Origin: Antedon mediterranea
Lineage: Eukaryota; Animalia; Echinodermata
Length of the DNA stretch: 64,000 nucleotides
Direction of reading: 5' to 3'
Assembly: GCF_964355755.1 (NCBI RefSeq)
Contig: NC_092670.1
Span: forward strand, 18,896,795-18,960,794
Below are positions 1-15,074 of the stretch, in pieces. The position numbers and the translations under genes are program-made. Positions within the stretch are counted from its first letter, which is position 1, and every line of letters begins with the position of its first letter. The notes beneath the pieces were generated by a model. That model was not told where the DNA came from. It searched no databases and saw only the letters and a program-made list of their open reading frames with translations.

Positions 1-82
1 AGGCCTATAAAAAAACATTTGGCGTTCCATAGTATCCTATAATGTTCAAACAATACATACCATTGGGTGCTTTTATTATTGC

Positions 83-206
83 TTTTAGTCGCTTGGACGC
101 GACTCTATAGTTCACTATGTCGGTCGGTCTGTCTGTCTGTCGGTCTGTCTGTCGGTCCGGTATCACTATGCGTTTTAGCACCCGACTTATGGCTGTTGGC
201 CTTGTT
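83..206 (+). mobile_element. Short non-autonomous Helentron/DINE-like element
   Basis: Begins TTTTAGTCGCTTGGACGCGACTCTATA (AGTCGC..GCGACT hairpin), has an internal (GTCT/GTCG)n microsatellite and ends GGCCTTGTT in a T-rich context. This layout is typical of Helentron-associated interspersed elements; the family name is from recall. Confidence 0.55.
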
Positions 207-475
207 CTTTTATATCTTTGTTTATTTTTGTAAATGTTGTTGTTAACCATACCTTGATGTTAAGGTGAATGTTAATAAATTTGAATAGTTATTGTAACAT
301 CATGTTATTCTATCATCGTCATCATTATTACTGTTAACATTTGTACTATGTTGACTTGTGGCCTTTAAAAGGTGTATTTAAAACATTTAGTACAAGCAAA
401 CATCATTTAAGATTTAGCTTCCCTATCGATGGCTTTAAATTGTTAACATATTGTTCATGTTATTTACTTAATTAG

Positions 476-2907
476 GTACAACACATGGGAACCATTGGAC
501 AATCTTCTCGACGACTGCTTAATTGATGACTTCCTTTTAAGGTATGATGACGTCATTACACTTATGTAAATGTACTTTATTTAATGAACTTTTTGTGATT
601 TAAATCTTTATTTGATAGTCATCGACAATCTCTGTACGTTTAAACAAAATACACATACATTACAATAAAAATTTATTACAAGAGGACACATGAATTTGTA
701 AGATTTGATTTGGGGAGTTATCAGGAAGCAAAAATGGACATTTTGTTCCACTCTAGTTAGGCCTATTTACCATCATTTCAGCTGCTGGTTATATCTATTT
801 TTAAAGGGCACTTCAGAAAAAGGTTGGTTCGTTCGAACGACCCACACTCCCCGGCCCTTGCGAACTGACTTCGAATTTAAACTCAGAATCATCCACAAAT
901 ACATACACTTTTACGCGTGCAGCGTTCAAACGGTTAATAGTACGGATTTTACGCAAGTCAGCGTCGTGGCACAAACGACAAAGCGTACGTCAGTGTCATA
1001 TTGCGATAATTCTCGTTCAATCCATGTATTTAATATACTTGTAATTGTACTTGAATGAGTATTTTGACTAAACTGTTTCATCTTTCATTTATTGTCGGTG
1101 TCTTTACATATCAGCTTTCAGTGAGCGTTCATCCGTGATAGTGTCGTTAGTGCGTTGAAGGACTTGTAATGAGTTTAGCTTGGCACGATCGTTGAATTAA
1201 TTAGGTACGATGCTGCGCGCCATGGTTATAGTCAATGAAAACGATACGTGACCGGTGCTACAATAATATTATAAGACTGATTATTGGAGATTGCTACGAA
1301 ATCTGTATTTCGTTGACATTTTTAGTTTGAGAGTTGAAAAATAAACAAACAAAAATATGAGCAATTTGTTCGCAATTTGTACAGTGTTGCCCCTTATCAT
1401 ATCGTCACCGGTCGAGTATTATGATTATTACTCGTCGGAGACGTAGTACCAGTGAACACACAACCAAAAAGGAAACTATTTTATGATTCATTGTTCTAGC
1501 GTTTATTATGTGATTATTATATGATTATTATAAGACTGATTGTTGGAGATTAGTACGAAATCTGTATTTCGTTGACATTTTTAGTGTGAGAGTTTAACAT
1601 AGGCCTATAAACAAAAAAAATATGAGCAATTGGATATTTAAATTAATTTGTTTGCAATTTGTTATCACATCGTCATTTCGGGTTCTCACAAAATGATGCC
1701 GTTTTCTAAAACAAAATGGCAAATGAATTCTTCTGCTTTTTAGACGTGTTTATCACGTATTTATCTTACATGGAGAAATTCTTCATAGATTAATTTTGTA
1801 TTTCTGTTTTATTTACCTATATATATTTATAAATTTATATTTTCATGCATTATGAATGCATTTTATAGTGAATAAATAAATGGCCGAATGGCCCCAAGGA
1901 AAAAAACCTGTAGGCCTATTTCCGTAGGCCTACATTTCCTGATAAAATAGGCCTCTAATATCATTATCTTTTATGTTTTCATTATGTATCAAGTGTCCAC
2001 AATTGTTGAACAACATGTTTTGAGTCAGACTCATGAGAGGCAATTGACGTATTATTTTGTGTATTTTTACTGTTATTGTTTATATTAATCGGAGTATTTT
2101 ATTCTACTTTAGAATTTGACAATCGTTCGAACTGTTAGAGGGCGACTTTCACTTTATTTCATTTTCATGTTGAAAAGAATACAGTTTTTCAAATTTTCAA
2201 ATTCTTGCCCTTCTCAACATTGAAACTTATTTTCTATGTTACCATGGTTTTTAGTCAAATATTTGCTTGTTTTCAGAGAGGATACACGCCTAGGTGTTAT
2301 CAAGGTAGGCCTCATTATAAATAAATTTTCGTATATAATCCTGGATAAAAATTAAAAACTAAATCGTATTACAGAAATTGGAGTTGGTCTATATTTAATA
2401 TTGATAATTTGATAGGCTTACCAGTTAGTGTAGAATGTTTTAGTGAGCTAGCTATAATAACGGAACGTGTCACTTTCTCGTCACTTTATTTAAGCCTCAA
2501 GAAGATGCAGGCAAAGATGAAGAGAACGATTCAAATTTTCTTGAAGGAACTAGTAACCAAGCAATGAAAAGGCCCATTAATGATCAGAATACCAATGGAA
2601 AAAGGAAGAAAGAATCAGGCCACCGTCTCCGTGATCGATCGCCTTCTGTTTCCGATAAAAAGTGGTTACGCTTAAAATCAAACAATAATCGAAGTAAAGT
2701 AAAAACAAGCAAAGTGGACCAAAGGTAGGCCTATTCGATGTATACATATTTCCACCCTAGTCATTTACTAGAGTTTATAGTACAGTTAAGTAACAGTATG
2801 GAATTTTATGATTTGTATTTATTAGTGTACATGAAGAGAGAACTAACGGAAAACATCCGACGGAAGATCATCAGGAGGACATAGGTCATTGCAGCAGTCA
2901 GACTTAA
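476..2907 (+). CDS. Chromodomain protein (Polycomb/CBX-like chromodomain), 3' four exons; 5' exons lie upstream of the window
   Basis: Exons 476-541 (YNTWEPLDNLLDDCLIDDFLLR, cf. the CBX YxTWEPEENILD motif), 2277-2304 (EDTRLGVIK), 2495-2724 (PQEDAGKDEE...KVDQ) and 2826-2907 (SVHEE...SSQT*). All introns are GT-AG with matching phases 2/0/2. AATAAA at about 3177. Confidence 0.75.
1268..1662 (+). repeat. Imperfect direct duplication of ~115-135 bp
   Basis: ATTATAAGACTGATT(A/G)TTGGAGATT..ACGAAATCTGTATTTCGTTGACATTTTTAG..AATATGAGCAAT occurs at about 1268 and about 1526. Confidence 0.8.
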
Positions 2908-5622
2908 CGTCTAACCCTCAACACTTGTGACATGTTTAATGTAAACAGTTATTTAGATTCATAGTTTCGTTAGTAAATTATTTCATTTTAAATATCATTT
3001 ATTTCACCAAATTTCAATTAGAGATACGATATGTTTACTTTCAGTTATCATTGCGTTTGTAAATCAAGGGAGTAATCCAAAATGTTTGTACCAATATGTT
3101 CCTCTAATTCTTACTGTAATTAAATGTTAATCAGAAAAAATTGACTTTTATTTATTTCAATATCTCCAAAACAAAGAATAAACCGGTCAGACAAATACAA
3201 AGCTGTCCTATTTTCGCAAAACATATAATATAATTTTATATGTTTAAAAAAAATTAACAGCTTTTGTATTATACCGTATACATTGATATAACGTATCATG
3301 ACGTACCCCCTCTATATACATGCTACTTTCAATCAAATCTTATATGTTTCAATCATTATTTTGGCAGTCTGTTTTCTTCAGACGATTTTCTTTCATCGGT
3401 TCACATTAGCCACGCCAATATTTCGGATTTTTACATTTTGAGACTACAGTATACCTGATTTAGGTATAATAGTTTTGGGTATTTTGTTACATAGTTTGGA
3501 TTGTGACGTAAATAGACCTAAGTCAAACAAATAATTTAGCTCAGTTGTCTCAGTTAGGCCTAAAGAAAAGTGAAATAAAACTCAATTGAAAGTTTCTTCC
3601 GATGCTTGCTAATCTTCCATTTGTAACGAAAAACTTGTTAAGTTCCTTTTTTCCCATATATGGCAATATCTAAACATTTATTTGTAATCCGTGCTTACTC
3701 AAAAACCAATTATGAATTTTGAAAGAGTACCCTTGGAGAAGTCAACAATAGACACTCCGTCAATTCATCAAGTTGTTTATACTGCAGGCTACCGTACCTG
3801 TGTATTGTTTGTCCCTATTATTAAGTACGGTACACTATTTGTTTTCTACTTTATTCTCCCATGATTTAACATTCTCAATTTGATTGAATAGGCTTTGTTC
3901 ACATGTATGTGACTGATGAACCGTGAGCCTAGCCCACGTCACCCTTTTTTATCAGAGGTCGGCTAGAATAATGCTGAAGATTCACAGTCAGATTTTGGAA
4001 CAAAACATCTGTTTGTACCACTATTTTCGTATTATGATTCAGTTTTAAAGTTTATTGAAACGGAGCCGTTTGAATGAAGTACACTGATAAATTAGTCAGA
4101 CTCAAGATAGGCAACTCATTACGAGCGTAAACAAATCACAAAATGATCGATTTGAGTACCATATTTGGTAAAACTAGGAAAGTTGCTTCCACTTTTGGAA
4201 ATTAGTTATCTTTTGTTGACAGACGAGTTCTTCTTTCATCGAATCGCCAATTAAATAAACAACGGTCTAATTAAATATTTTAACAAGAAAAAAAATGTAT
4301 ATAAATTATACACTAACATCTCGTTACAGTTTGTCTACAATTTGTCAACTGGTATCCAAGTATCAAGTTTGTCACGGTGTTCTGTTCTGTTCGTACAGTG
4401 GTCTAAAGTTTTAAAATTTGATCCAACTTTAGAAAAATAAAATTTAAGATCACTAAATGACTAATTAATTGTTAGTCGTAATAATTTGATTTACAGTTAT
4501 CGTACCCATATTTAGGCCAATGCCCAGGTTGATCGGGACAACCGCTGGAAAGTTACGAACAATCACCGTGGTGTTAGAAGTTGCATTGTTGACGAAATTA
4601 TACACAAAGGGTGCACAAACAGACTGTTCTACCTGATTGCATGTTATTTTAAGGTGCAGTATATTGAAATTAAGTAAATTACATGCGTTAGACTTTTAAA
4701 CGCCATGACGCACAAGGCCAACAATCATTCGCGAAATGCGCTTTCATCCACCCTGGCACCGTATTATAGCTGCATCAGAAAGTGAAACACAAATAACGGT
4801 ATTCATAGAATTCAGTTGTTTTAATTCAGGCAGTCTATCTCGATACATGATTGATGTGTGTTAGTTAAGATAATTCAAGATTTATTTAAGACACTTATGG
4901 TAATTGCTAATATCAATACTATACTCTTTCCCATTACTATCGTAATGTCTGTTCTCCATGCGTCAACCCACAATTACGGTAACGTTCGTATAAACACAAT
5001 ATTATTGACTATTATCGTTAGGCCACCATGCGAAACTAACAAAACCTTGCGAAAATTCGATGAACAAGACAAGTGTTTTGTGGGTATTATATTCAGAATC
5101 AATTTTCACGTAAATAGTAATACATAATATTTTACATATCTGTTTTATTGTACACGCACACGGATGCACACGCATCCTTTCTCGGTATTGATTTACAACC
5201 CGGTCGGTTAACGTGCTATTGCGCATGACCGAGTGTTCGTTCAGCTGTTCTAACAACAAAAGAGTTATTAGCATTCGACATGAACCCCGGCTCGATGAAT
5301 GGTGGATTCCTGGCCACAGCCAACGCCCCTGAGCAGACACGGTGAAGTTTGGCTTACTCATCTACTAAAATTACCGGAAGAGGTATTTTATGTACCGTGG
5401 ACGATTATAAAGGAGGTAACTCAGCAGGTTGTACTACTGTAGTTGGTAAGATAATTTGAGAAGGTTCGTTGAGTTGAACATTACTTTTATAGATTGTAGC
5501 GTCCCATCTATACGTTACTTAACATACCACGTGAATTTCGCATCGACCGAATAGCTTGCAGAACGAGGTAGGCGATATATATTGTAACATTCCCACTTGC
5601 TAGGCATTAAGAAACAGAAAAG

Positions 5623-8600
5623 ATGACGACGGAATTGAAATATTGTTGTGGACTAGTCAATAGTAATAAAAAATATCTAAGTGTTGGGTTTGCTAACTCA
5701 GTAAATGCAGATGGTACATCGTTAAAAGCGAAACAAAGATGGAATTTAGAACAAGGTGACGATACCGTCTTTCTGAAATTCGGTAGCAACTACTTGACCA
5801 CAGATAAAATGGGGAATGTGACGTGTTCGGAAGAAAAAACGGACGACGCGAAATTCCGGGTGGAGACCCAAACTGACGGACGATGGGCCTTCAAGAGTGT
5901 CCCGTACGATAAATACCTAGGCTGTTCCGATACCGTTAACACAAACGCAACAAAAGCCGAGGAGAAGCAGCTATGGACAGTTCATATGGATATACATCCA
6001 CAGGTTAACATTAAAAGCAACATTCGGGATAGGTACGCACATTTAGAAGATGATGAACTTCACTTCAATGAGGTCATCCCATGGGGTGCGGACGCAATCG
6101 TCACTCTAGAATTCCACGGTGGACGTTACGCCCTGAGGGTCTGCAACGGCAAGTACGCGAGTACAACTGGAAGTCTAGTAGATTCCCCCACTGATGATAG
6201 CCTCTTTATCCTAGAGTTTCATGGGGGTAAGGCTGCCTTCAAGCACGGCAGTGGCAAGTATATGGCAGCCATAGGTCCCAAGGCCACTCTGCAGTGCGCA
6301 AAAGCCGCACGGGTCAAACCAGGGAAAGATGAGGTATTCGTTCTAGAGGACAGTCACCCACAAGGCATCCTGATTGCCAGCACTGGAAAGGTAGCATCAA
6401 CTCGACAAGGTACGATTTTATTCATTACTTTCCTATCACAACATCTTGTATTATAGTTTAGTATTGCTTATTAAATAAACACATTTATTATCATTTAACA
6501 GATACTCGGAAGCTCAATATGTATACTTATATAATTATGCACTTGAAGTATCGTATCTAAGATAAGATATCAGAACGTATTATGTTATTGAATGAAGTAA
6601 TTGAAAGTAATGTCGGAATCAAATGACTTTGTTGGAAACAGTTTTTCTTTTCTGTCTGCCATTGGCCTAATATTGATCTGCTTAAAACATTCACACCTGT
6701 AAACAGTTTAGGTAATTTACACTCCGTGGTTTGATTAGAGTTTAATAGTACCACATTGTTTGATCTAAGCGCCTTGATTTACCTTAAATTGTCAACAGGT
6801 TGCATGTGTAATGTTTGGTGGTTTCCTGGCTCTCTCTTCCAGCCACTTTTACAAATTAGTTTTCATGTCAAACATGTGTTTATTGTACATTTTACAAGCT
6901 CAGGTGGTTGCCATATCCATCATCATTCCGATGGTGTCTGCAAAGTATCTCTGTTAAATCCATTTCCTTTTTCAGTTAATCCACGACTTTGTCCTTCGCG
7001 ATTAGCAATATACTGACTACGGTTACTGTACCACTGAAATGTGTATATACTGTAGGATACCTGGTGGGGCCTCCACTACCAATTGATGGCTATATTTAAT
7101 TAATCACCATTTATGCGCTAAACAAGGTGTTTTACTTTCATGACCTATATAAACAACGTCTGTTTAACCTGAAACAAACTCATGTACTAAGTACTAATGG
7201 CTTAGAAAGAAAGTTTGAATGAATTTAGACCGAGTTTTTTTTTCTCCTTTGTGGTGTAATCTACCACATTTATTCGTTTATCATAATCATTACAAATACA
7301 TATTTTTTCCATTATTTGCTTGAATTTTAGGATACTCAAAGTTATAGTATAAAGTAACAATGCATATAATAATGTTTACAATACAATAATTTAGACCGAG
7401 TTTATAAAAATTGTAATCCCTGAACTTGGGTTTAAAGAACAAAATTACAGAAGAAATGCGAAGTTCTAGGCCAAGAAAATTGAATTCTATCAATTTCCTA
7501 CTTCCGTGTTAGTCAGGAAACAAACTGCTAGTTCAACACACCACCCTGGATGTGATATCAATTATTCTTGCTCTGTTGATTCAAATCAAAAGGCAAGTTC
7601 AGAACTATGTCAAGGACATTGTTTGTCGATGACAAAATAAATTTCTAATTTTTTTAGAATTTGGGGGTCTTAAGCATCAAATATTGAAGGTGTTTTTGTT
7701 CATATTATAGCATCATACAATAGGTCTAGATGCTGGGACCATGGGAATAAACCTAGTATTGTAAACGAATTTCGTCTTTGTCTATTATCTGAAATATCTT
7801 TTGTATAGTCTTCAAATAAGCATAATAATACTTCGCTTTGAAGATGATGCGATACAATATAGATACTGGTAGGAAGGAAGGCTTGACCTGTTGTTGTATG
7901 ATCTCCAATTCTACTGTACTGACTACTTCAGCATGCGGAAGTTGTTTTTAAGATTTACGTGACCATTCGACAAACCCATTTCCTTTGGGGAGTTTCTTCT
8001 TTCCTTTTCACAGCTTTCCAGCACACCTTAATCGTTTACCAGTCACATTGATATTAATATTACTGAAAGTGGTATTTTTAACAATAATATCTTTGAAGGT
8101 CATTTTATGATAATTTTGCTTTAACTCGTGGTAGAATAATTATACAATACGTCTCTACTAATTTGAGTTTACAACAACGTATTACCATGGAGGAAAAACC
8201 TCCATGGTATTTACCCATTTATCTAAAAAGTACATCGGTATACAAAATGTTGAGTTGTATATTGTACCTCCATCATTATCGACATACATTTTGTTGTAGT
8301 TCTTTAATTTATATCGAGGAGAACCATCTATTTGTTTATAATCGCTTGTAATTATTTTGACACGGCCGAAAAGTGATAACATTGTTTTATCGGTGTTTCT
8401 AAACGGTAATAAAATGAGTGAATTACTTATTTGCTTTTATTGACACGTTATCGTTTACAATTGATTTAAAGTTATGGCCTACTCTCTTTAGGCTAGTGCT
8501 GCACATAGAGATGGGTATCAATATGATGTGCTCAAACATAAAATGGAAATATTAGGCCTACATATCAAAAAAAGTACTGTATGTTGGCATGGCATGACGT

Positions 8601-11600
8601 GACCCTTAGGGGAGAAGCATTTAGTTGCAAAGTGTAAAATCCACATCTACAGCGCATTGAGACGACATTGTTTGTTGCGGAATGCGCTATAAATACATTA
8701 ACATTAAATGTATTTGTCCTCTCAGTGGACCCAAATCTCCGTGTAGATATTTTATAGATTTCTCTATAATTTCTTTAGGCCTATACTTCCCTTGAACTGT
8801 TTCATGCAATAATACATGGACAGATGGTAGATATGCGATTATTATTCGTAGGTAGATTCTGACAGTTTTTGCATTGCTTACTCTTAGTCATCATTATTGA
8901 GTGTATTCAAGATATCTGCTGAAACGAGATCCATCTTAAGGAGAGGTAAATGTCGGGCAATCGCATGGAAATATGTTAAGCCTAAGGGAAAATTATAATA
9001 TCCTAATTTAAAAAATAGGCCTACAATCTGTGATACACAAAAAAAACGAGTAATAAGTTACTGATGTTTGAACGTAATATTTGCTGTGTGTCGGTTTCGT
9101 CAAAAGAGAAAACTATTTTTTTTAATGTCCATACACACACTCAATATTTCATAATTAGTTTTGCCTCATGGTTTTTATCACTATAATTCATTGTTTCAGT
9201 AGATCGGGTTGAGTTTTTCTGTTTATAATCATTTTGCCTGTAAGATTCCTGGAAATATAACTCAATATTTTTATAATTTCAATTGTTTACGGAACGCTTA
9301 CAGCAAATTGATCCCCATACGTAATCAAATTAAATACGAAAGGCAATAAAACGTCCATTAAAAACACGTGCGAAGAACCATGGTGGTCGCCATTTTCTTC
9401 CCACTCCTTCCTAGTTTATAATTCTTAATATATTATTCCATTTAAATAATAATAATTCTTATGATGTACGCCTCTTTTTATAATAGTAAAAAATCGTATT
9501 TTAATGATCAGTTAAAAGTGCAAAATACAGCAGTTGACAACACTGTTTTCTCTTATTCATTAGACACGCCTCATTAATAATAAATGCAGTACACTAGCTG
9601 TCAATTTGTATGGATATTACCTTATTTGGCATGGCAGACAGATCTGTTACTATTTCATTCATTCTTGTTTTTATTTAAACATTTTTAATCAACATCAAAT
9701 GTACCAAGCCAATGAATGTGGAGTACGACATTACGTACGTAGTGTGGCACAAGAATGAAGAGTCATTAATTTTTACTATTGCAGTACAAAACATTTCGCA
9801 AATCTTAAATATATAAGTCTGCATGGAGATGTGTAATATTGAAAGTGAAAATTTCGTTATGTTGATATCAATAATTATATCAATGTATTTTTAGTTTTCG
9901 TCAATATAAGAGAATGAGATCATTCTTTTTTTAATCTGTAGATTTTCTACTATCGGTGTGTCGAAAAGACATAATTCTGTTTACTGAAAAAATATGATTA
10001 GAATAGAAAACAAATGTGATTGTAACCTGTAATATAGAACGATTCTGATTTTTTATGTACAGTTTTATTTCTACAATTAGTATCATATTGCTTTATATGA
10101 CACCTTCAAACTGGCATTACATACATTACATTTTGAAAGTGTCAAGAACGTTTTTGGTTTTCGATTGGTTTTTATTTGGATGGTGAAACTTTCTCTTGGA
10201 AGTATTTACCCGGAAGATATGTTGGTTTCCGGGATTTAACCAGCAGACCCATGCCGAGAAAACGTTTCTGCCTAGAGGTCTTATTTGTTGTTGCTACAGG
10301 GCAGCTTGTATCTGTAGACTACTGTAGCAGTTATGTAAACTCTGACCTGTGTGAGACATGTGGTACTTCAATATTTTGGGAATAGGTTTACCAAATCTTG
10401 TACCTTGGGGCCCGTCTCTGATTTTTTTACATTTTGTGGGACCATATTTCCATACTAATAAATTAGTTACATCAAGGAGGATCTCTATGGTTATCGAATT
10501 CTTTTCATTAAAAATTTTACTTTAAAATTCATTAACCTACTAGCTATACATCCGGAAGATTCTATTACAGTTAACCATAGGTCTAAACAATAGTATTAGT
10601 AGTACTCTTAAGTCAAGCCTACAACTCGAGACAATAAAAAAGCCATTGTGCGTGTCTTACAATAAAACAGTGTGCCACGTTTGTAGAAAAGCACGTGTCA
10701 CGCCTATCGGGTTTCAATTGCGCTATGTTATACAACGAATTCCCTGTAATATGTTAAAGAAAATGGCAATTCGATCTGAAGCTAGATAATAATATTCATT
10801 TGAATATTTACATCTACCATATAATATAATGAGTTTCAAATAATAGTATGAAACAGCATTTATTTATTATCTGTATATTATAGATCCCATATAAATAATA
10901 TAATATATAGTCAATTACTGATAATTGAGAATGGGTATTTAAATTGCCATTAGTGTATGGTTATACTTATAATGTAATAATACTTTATTATGATAGAAAG
11001 CATTTTTAATTTAACATTTGAATAAGTCTCAGTACAGCAGTATCTCCACTCCGTACTTATCGACATGATAATGCACATGTTTTAGAATTCATCATATGGC
11101 TCGTGGCTTCGCGACGTCTGCAATCATAAATTTAAATGATATGGAGTTTCCCCGGGGTAACGAGGTGAACCTTTATTTAGGGATCGTCGTAGAAGGTTTT
11201 AGTTAGTACGGAGATGAACAACTGTGCGTCTTTTGGTTTGCAACGTGTGATATAATATTAGGCTACTATCTTTTCATCATGTATTATTGTTTTGTCGATT
11301 TTACTGCTTTGTCATCTTACATAAATTATTTATTGTTCGTCTGCATATCACAATCAGTATAGCCTCGGCCTACAACACTGTAGGCATAATGTGCTTGGGT
11401 GCTATATTCTTTAAAATAGTGAAATACGTAAAGAGGTCCCCTTTATAATTAACCCATGGATTTTGGAATAGGCCTAATGCTAATTGGGAAGATTTTTGTA
11501 AAATCGAGAATGCTTCTCAACTCAACAACGATAGCGGAAGTAATGGCGATCCAATGTGGAAGGATGTGTGGTGTGTGCCTAGAATGATTAACGTATTTGT

Positions 11601-14009
11601 TTGCTATTGCTATGCATTCTTAGGCGTCGACTCACACCACCAGTCTGGAATGCCTAAATACTTTCTTGTTTAATTATGCTGAATCAGCAAAATAAACATT
11701 AAGCAAAAGATGTAAAATCGTCGGAATGTCAAAGATCAAGTGTAGGCCTCGTACATCTTCTCGTAATACCTGTAGTAATCAATTCAACAGGTTTGGCAGG
11801 TTCTTGATCCTCGAACTTGACAACAGACTAGTTTCTCGGTTTTATATTCTAATTAGTATATGTAAAATAATGTATTTATGGAAGCAATTTATTCTGTTTT
11901 TAGGAACAGAAACGTACATATTTATTCAGCACTGTTTCGGTTGCTTTTTAATTGATTTGCTAGAGAAAGATCGTTGGTTTTTTTTTTCAATTAGCTTTCT
12001 ACAAGTGTATATCGGTTTTTGTTCGTGTAGGCCTTATACTACTGTGAAATGTCTGGGTCCGCGCGTCGTGTTTGTACTTAATAATATAATCAATAGAAAA
12101 TCGGTGGAAAATCACACTAATAAACACTTTCACAATATTTATATTAAATCATAATGCACGAGCTCTGTACCAGCTTGTCACCGTATTAGTACACTTGGTC
12201 TGAGGCCTTTCAACAAGTGCCAGATTTGGTATTCATGGCTGTTGCTATTAATGCTTGATTGAACTAGGTCCATGATTGAACTAAGGCGTAAGAGTATGGC
12301 CAACAGTGTGTTTGTTAAAGCTTGGTTCCCACTATACGTAACGCAAGGACGGAAACGCAACGCAAGCGTTTTAACCAATCACAAGCGAATAAGCCATCGC
12401 TTGTGATTGGTCAATTCAGTTGTGTTGCGTTGCGTTACGTCCTTGTGTTGCGTCGCTAGTGGGAACGCAACGCATCGACGTATTGTCATGTCGCAAAGTG
12501 CTTGATTGAATATATATTTATATATTGCTGTATTGCGTAATCACAAGTGAGACTCGACAACTGCTGCAAATATCGCGTGTTTGATTTCACGCGGGCAAAC
12601 ACAATTATTTCCTAACGTTGCGCATATTGCGTTACGTTACGTCGCTAATGGGAACCAAGCTTGACATTGAGACCCTTCTTCTTTCTCAGTGCTTCAATAA
12701 TCTTATATACGGTACAGTAAATGAAAATATTCACAATACCGTGTACAATTTATTTACAGTAATAATTAATATTGTTCCACCTTTCTTACACATAGGTGTG
12801 GATGTTTCCGCCAAACACGCTCTGGATACTGAAGATATCGCAGAAGGTACTTTCAATGACAAAGAGACATGGCAGCTTGAGTATACAGACGGTAAATGGG
12901 CAGTGCGTACCGCAGAAGATAAATACTGGGAGCTGAAGGCTACTGGTGGTATCCAAGCTGATGCCAGCAGCAAGTACGTTTGTCATTTAAGTATAACTTC
13001 TTATAAATAAGTATAACTTGTTAAATAATAGTTGAACTTTCGGTTTAACTTGAACTTGACTTGATATCATCTGAAAAATATTCTTAACAACCATCATCTT
13101 ATTTTTTGGTACGAAAAGAAGTGCATAAAAGAACGCATACAAAATAACCATGATTTTGGCAACCTTTTACTTAACGAATTGAAGTTTTCTTTGTAATAAA
13201 TAATAGTAGACATAATGTGTAACTATCTACTATCTCATTGCAGATCAAACAATGGCTGCAAGTTCGAATTGTCACATCATGAAAACAAGGTAGCTTTGAA
13301 GGGTAGTAATGGAAAGTTTGTCAGGCCGAAAGAAAGTGGTCATCTTTACGCCAATTCGGACAGCTCAGAACCTGCAGAGAAGGACCTCTTTATCTTCCAG
13401 ATGGTCAACCGACCTCAGTTGGTTTTGAAAGGAGTACAAGGATTTGTCGGACATGGTTCTAGATCAAAGGTGGAATGCTCCAAACCACGATATGACGTCT
13501 ACAAAGTTACCTGCAAAGACGGTTATTACAGCTTCCAGGGTAAATATTGATATTGATTGCTTCTATATGTGTAGGCCTAGGTCTACTGCGCTGAATCTGT
13601 ACATTATTTGCGTTCATATTATCTCTTAATTCTCATAGAAACAGTTAAATTGAATAGGCCTCACGTAGTGCGCGATTCCGGCGAGATACTTGTCGATGTA
13701 GTACCGATATTTTTCTGAACTCGCCCCATTAAATTTTAAATAGTTACCAGCATTTTGCAAAACCAATATTCTAACCATTATCCTTATTGCTTCCTTTCAA
13801 CAGCTGAGAACGGAAAATATTGGGTAGTAGAAGACGACCAGTCGGTTAGCCTTGGAAGCACACCTGATAAGTTCATCTTCGAGTATATATCTATGTCAAG
13901 ATTAGCTATCCGAGGAGGGCGTAACTTCAACTATCTGAAGGGAGAACAGAACGGTGACTTTAAGTGCGCAGGAACCGAGATCGAAGCAAAAACAACATGG
14001 GAAGTCTAG
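5623..14009 (+). CDS. FSCN: Fascin (actin-bundling protein, four beta-trefoil repeats), 4 exons, ~488 aa
   Basis: Exons 5623-6409, 12796-12973, 13244-13539 and 13804-14009, with phases 1/2/1 consistent. Fascin motifs GLVNSNKKYLS, KQRWNLE, HPQVNI, PWGADA, RQG-VDVSA, NRPQLVL, YLKGEQNG and terminal WEV*. Confidence 0.96.
12319..12661. mobile_element. MITE, family A (TIR AGCTTGGTTCCCACTA), probably PIF/Harbinger type, with an internal extra right end at ~12466
   Basis: AGCTTGGTTCCCACTA at the left and TAATGGGAACCAAGCT at the right, with internal CGCAACGC repeats. A related copy at 58291-58451 is flanked by TTA/TTA. Confidence 0.75.
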
Positions 14010-15074
14010 AAAAGATTACATTTATAACAAAACATTGACTTAATAAACTGCTTATAAAAGATCAACACACTAACATAATTTCGTTGTATAATTTTGTTTA
14101 TTAATACTAGCAATATGATATACAAAAGCGCAGAATTAAAAACTAAAGTACTGAGACTGAATAATCCTAAGACCTTATCATCTTAGCTTATTATTATTAT
14201 TGACCCCCCTCCCCCCACCCCACACCCCACACAAACAGGGTTGTTAATTCATTGTAGAAGAATAATTAAGTTAAGAAAATTTCTTGTATATTTTTGTACC
14301 AATTCAAAAAAGCTGCTTATATTATTATTAGGCTTATTATTATACTTGCGCTCCGTAATTCTTTCGGGGATAATAAGGTTTTCTTTATTACTGCTTTTTT
14401 AAACAATGTATTCTTTCAAACTACGTGCATTAATTAAAACCTAGACATCTAATACCAATTTAATAAATAAGAAATAAATTGTAATGGTAATGAAACCAGA
14501 CAATAGTAAAGACAACCGTATAGGCCAACTTAACGGCTTCTTATAAGGGTGGGGAAGTGCTGGACTTATTGTTTACTTAAAGATTCTGAAAACGTGATGC
14601 TAAAATGATATATTTAAAAGATATAGAGAAATAAGAGAGATCGTTTTGAATTGAATTCTATTTTATGATTTTACTTATAAACTTGAATGGGCATCTTCTA
14701 TGCAACTATGATTTTGCTTAATAATGATTGTGATTCGGGCAGTGATGATGTCTTCGTATTTAATCTAAGTTTTGACACTTAAAAATAAAGACAAAAACAG
14801 ATTGTCAAAAATTGTGAACCGTGATTATTATAACCAACATATAATTTACTTTCGTTAAACATAGTTTATTTAATACGTTTATCGTAATTTTTTAAAGATT
14901 ATTTTGTTTACTTATATATAAAATGTTATGGCCAAAATTATTTAAAGTAGGCTCCTATTTTGAAGGCAAAATTAGAATACTAAAAAGATGGCTCTGTTCT
15001 ATGAGTATACGTATACTTCTGCTTATTTTTTGACATATACCGAAACTTTATAGTGTTTATTTCACACTGTGTGA

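Noticed and set aside
5-250. ORF with DRQTDR repeats
   Set aside because: Translation of the microsatellite inside the Helentron-like element.
3914-3950. CTGATGA as a second hammerhead core
   Set aside because: No GAAA closing a stem II at the required position.
14203-14230. C-rich tract (G-quadruplex on the minus strand) after the fascin stop
   Set aside because: A simple low-complexity run; the mRNA strand is C-rich and there is no evidence of function.
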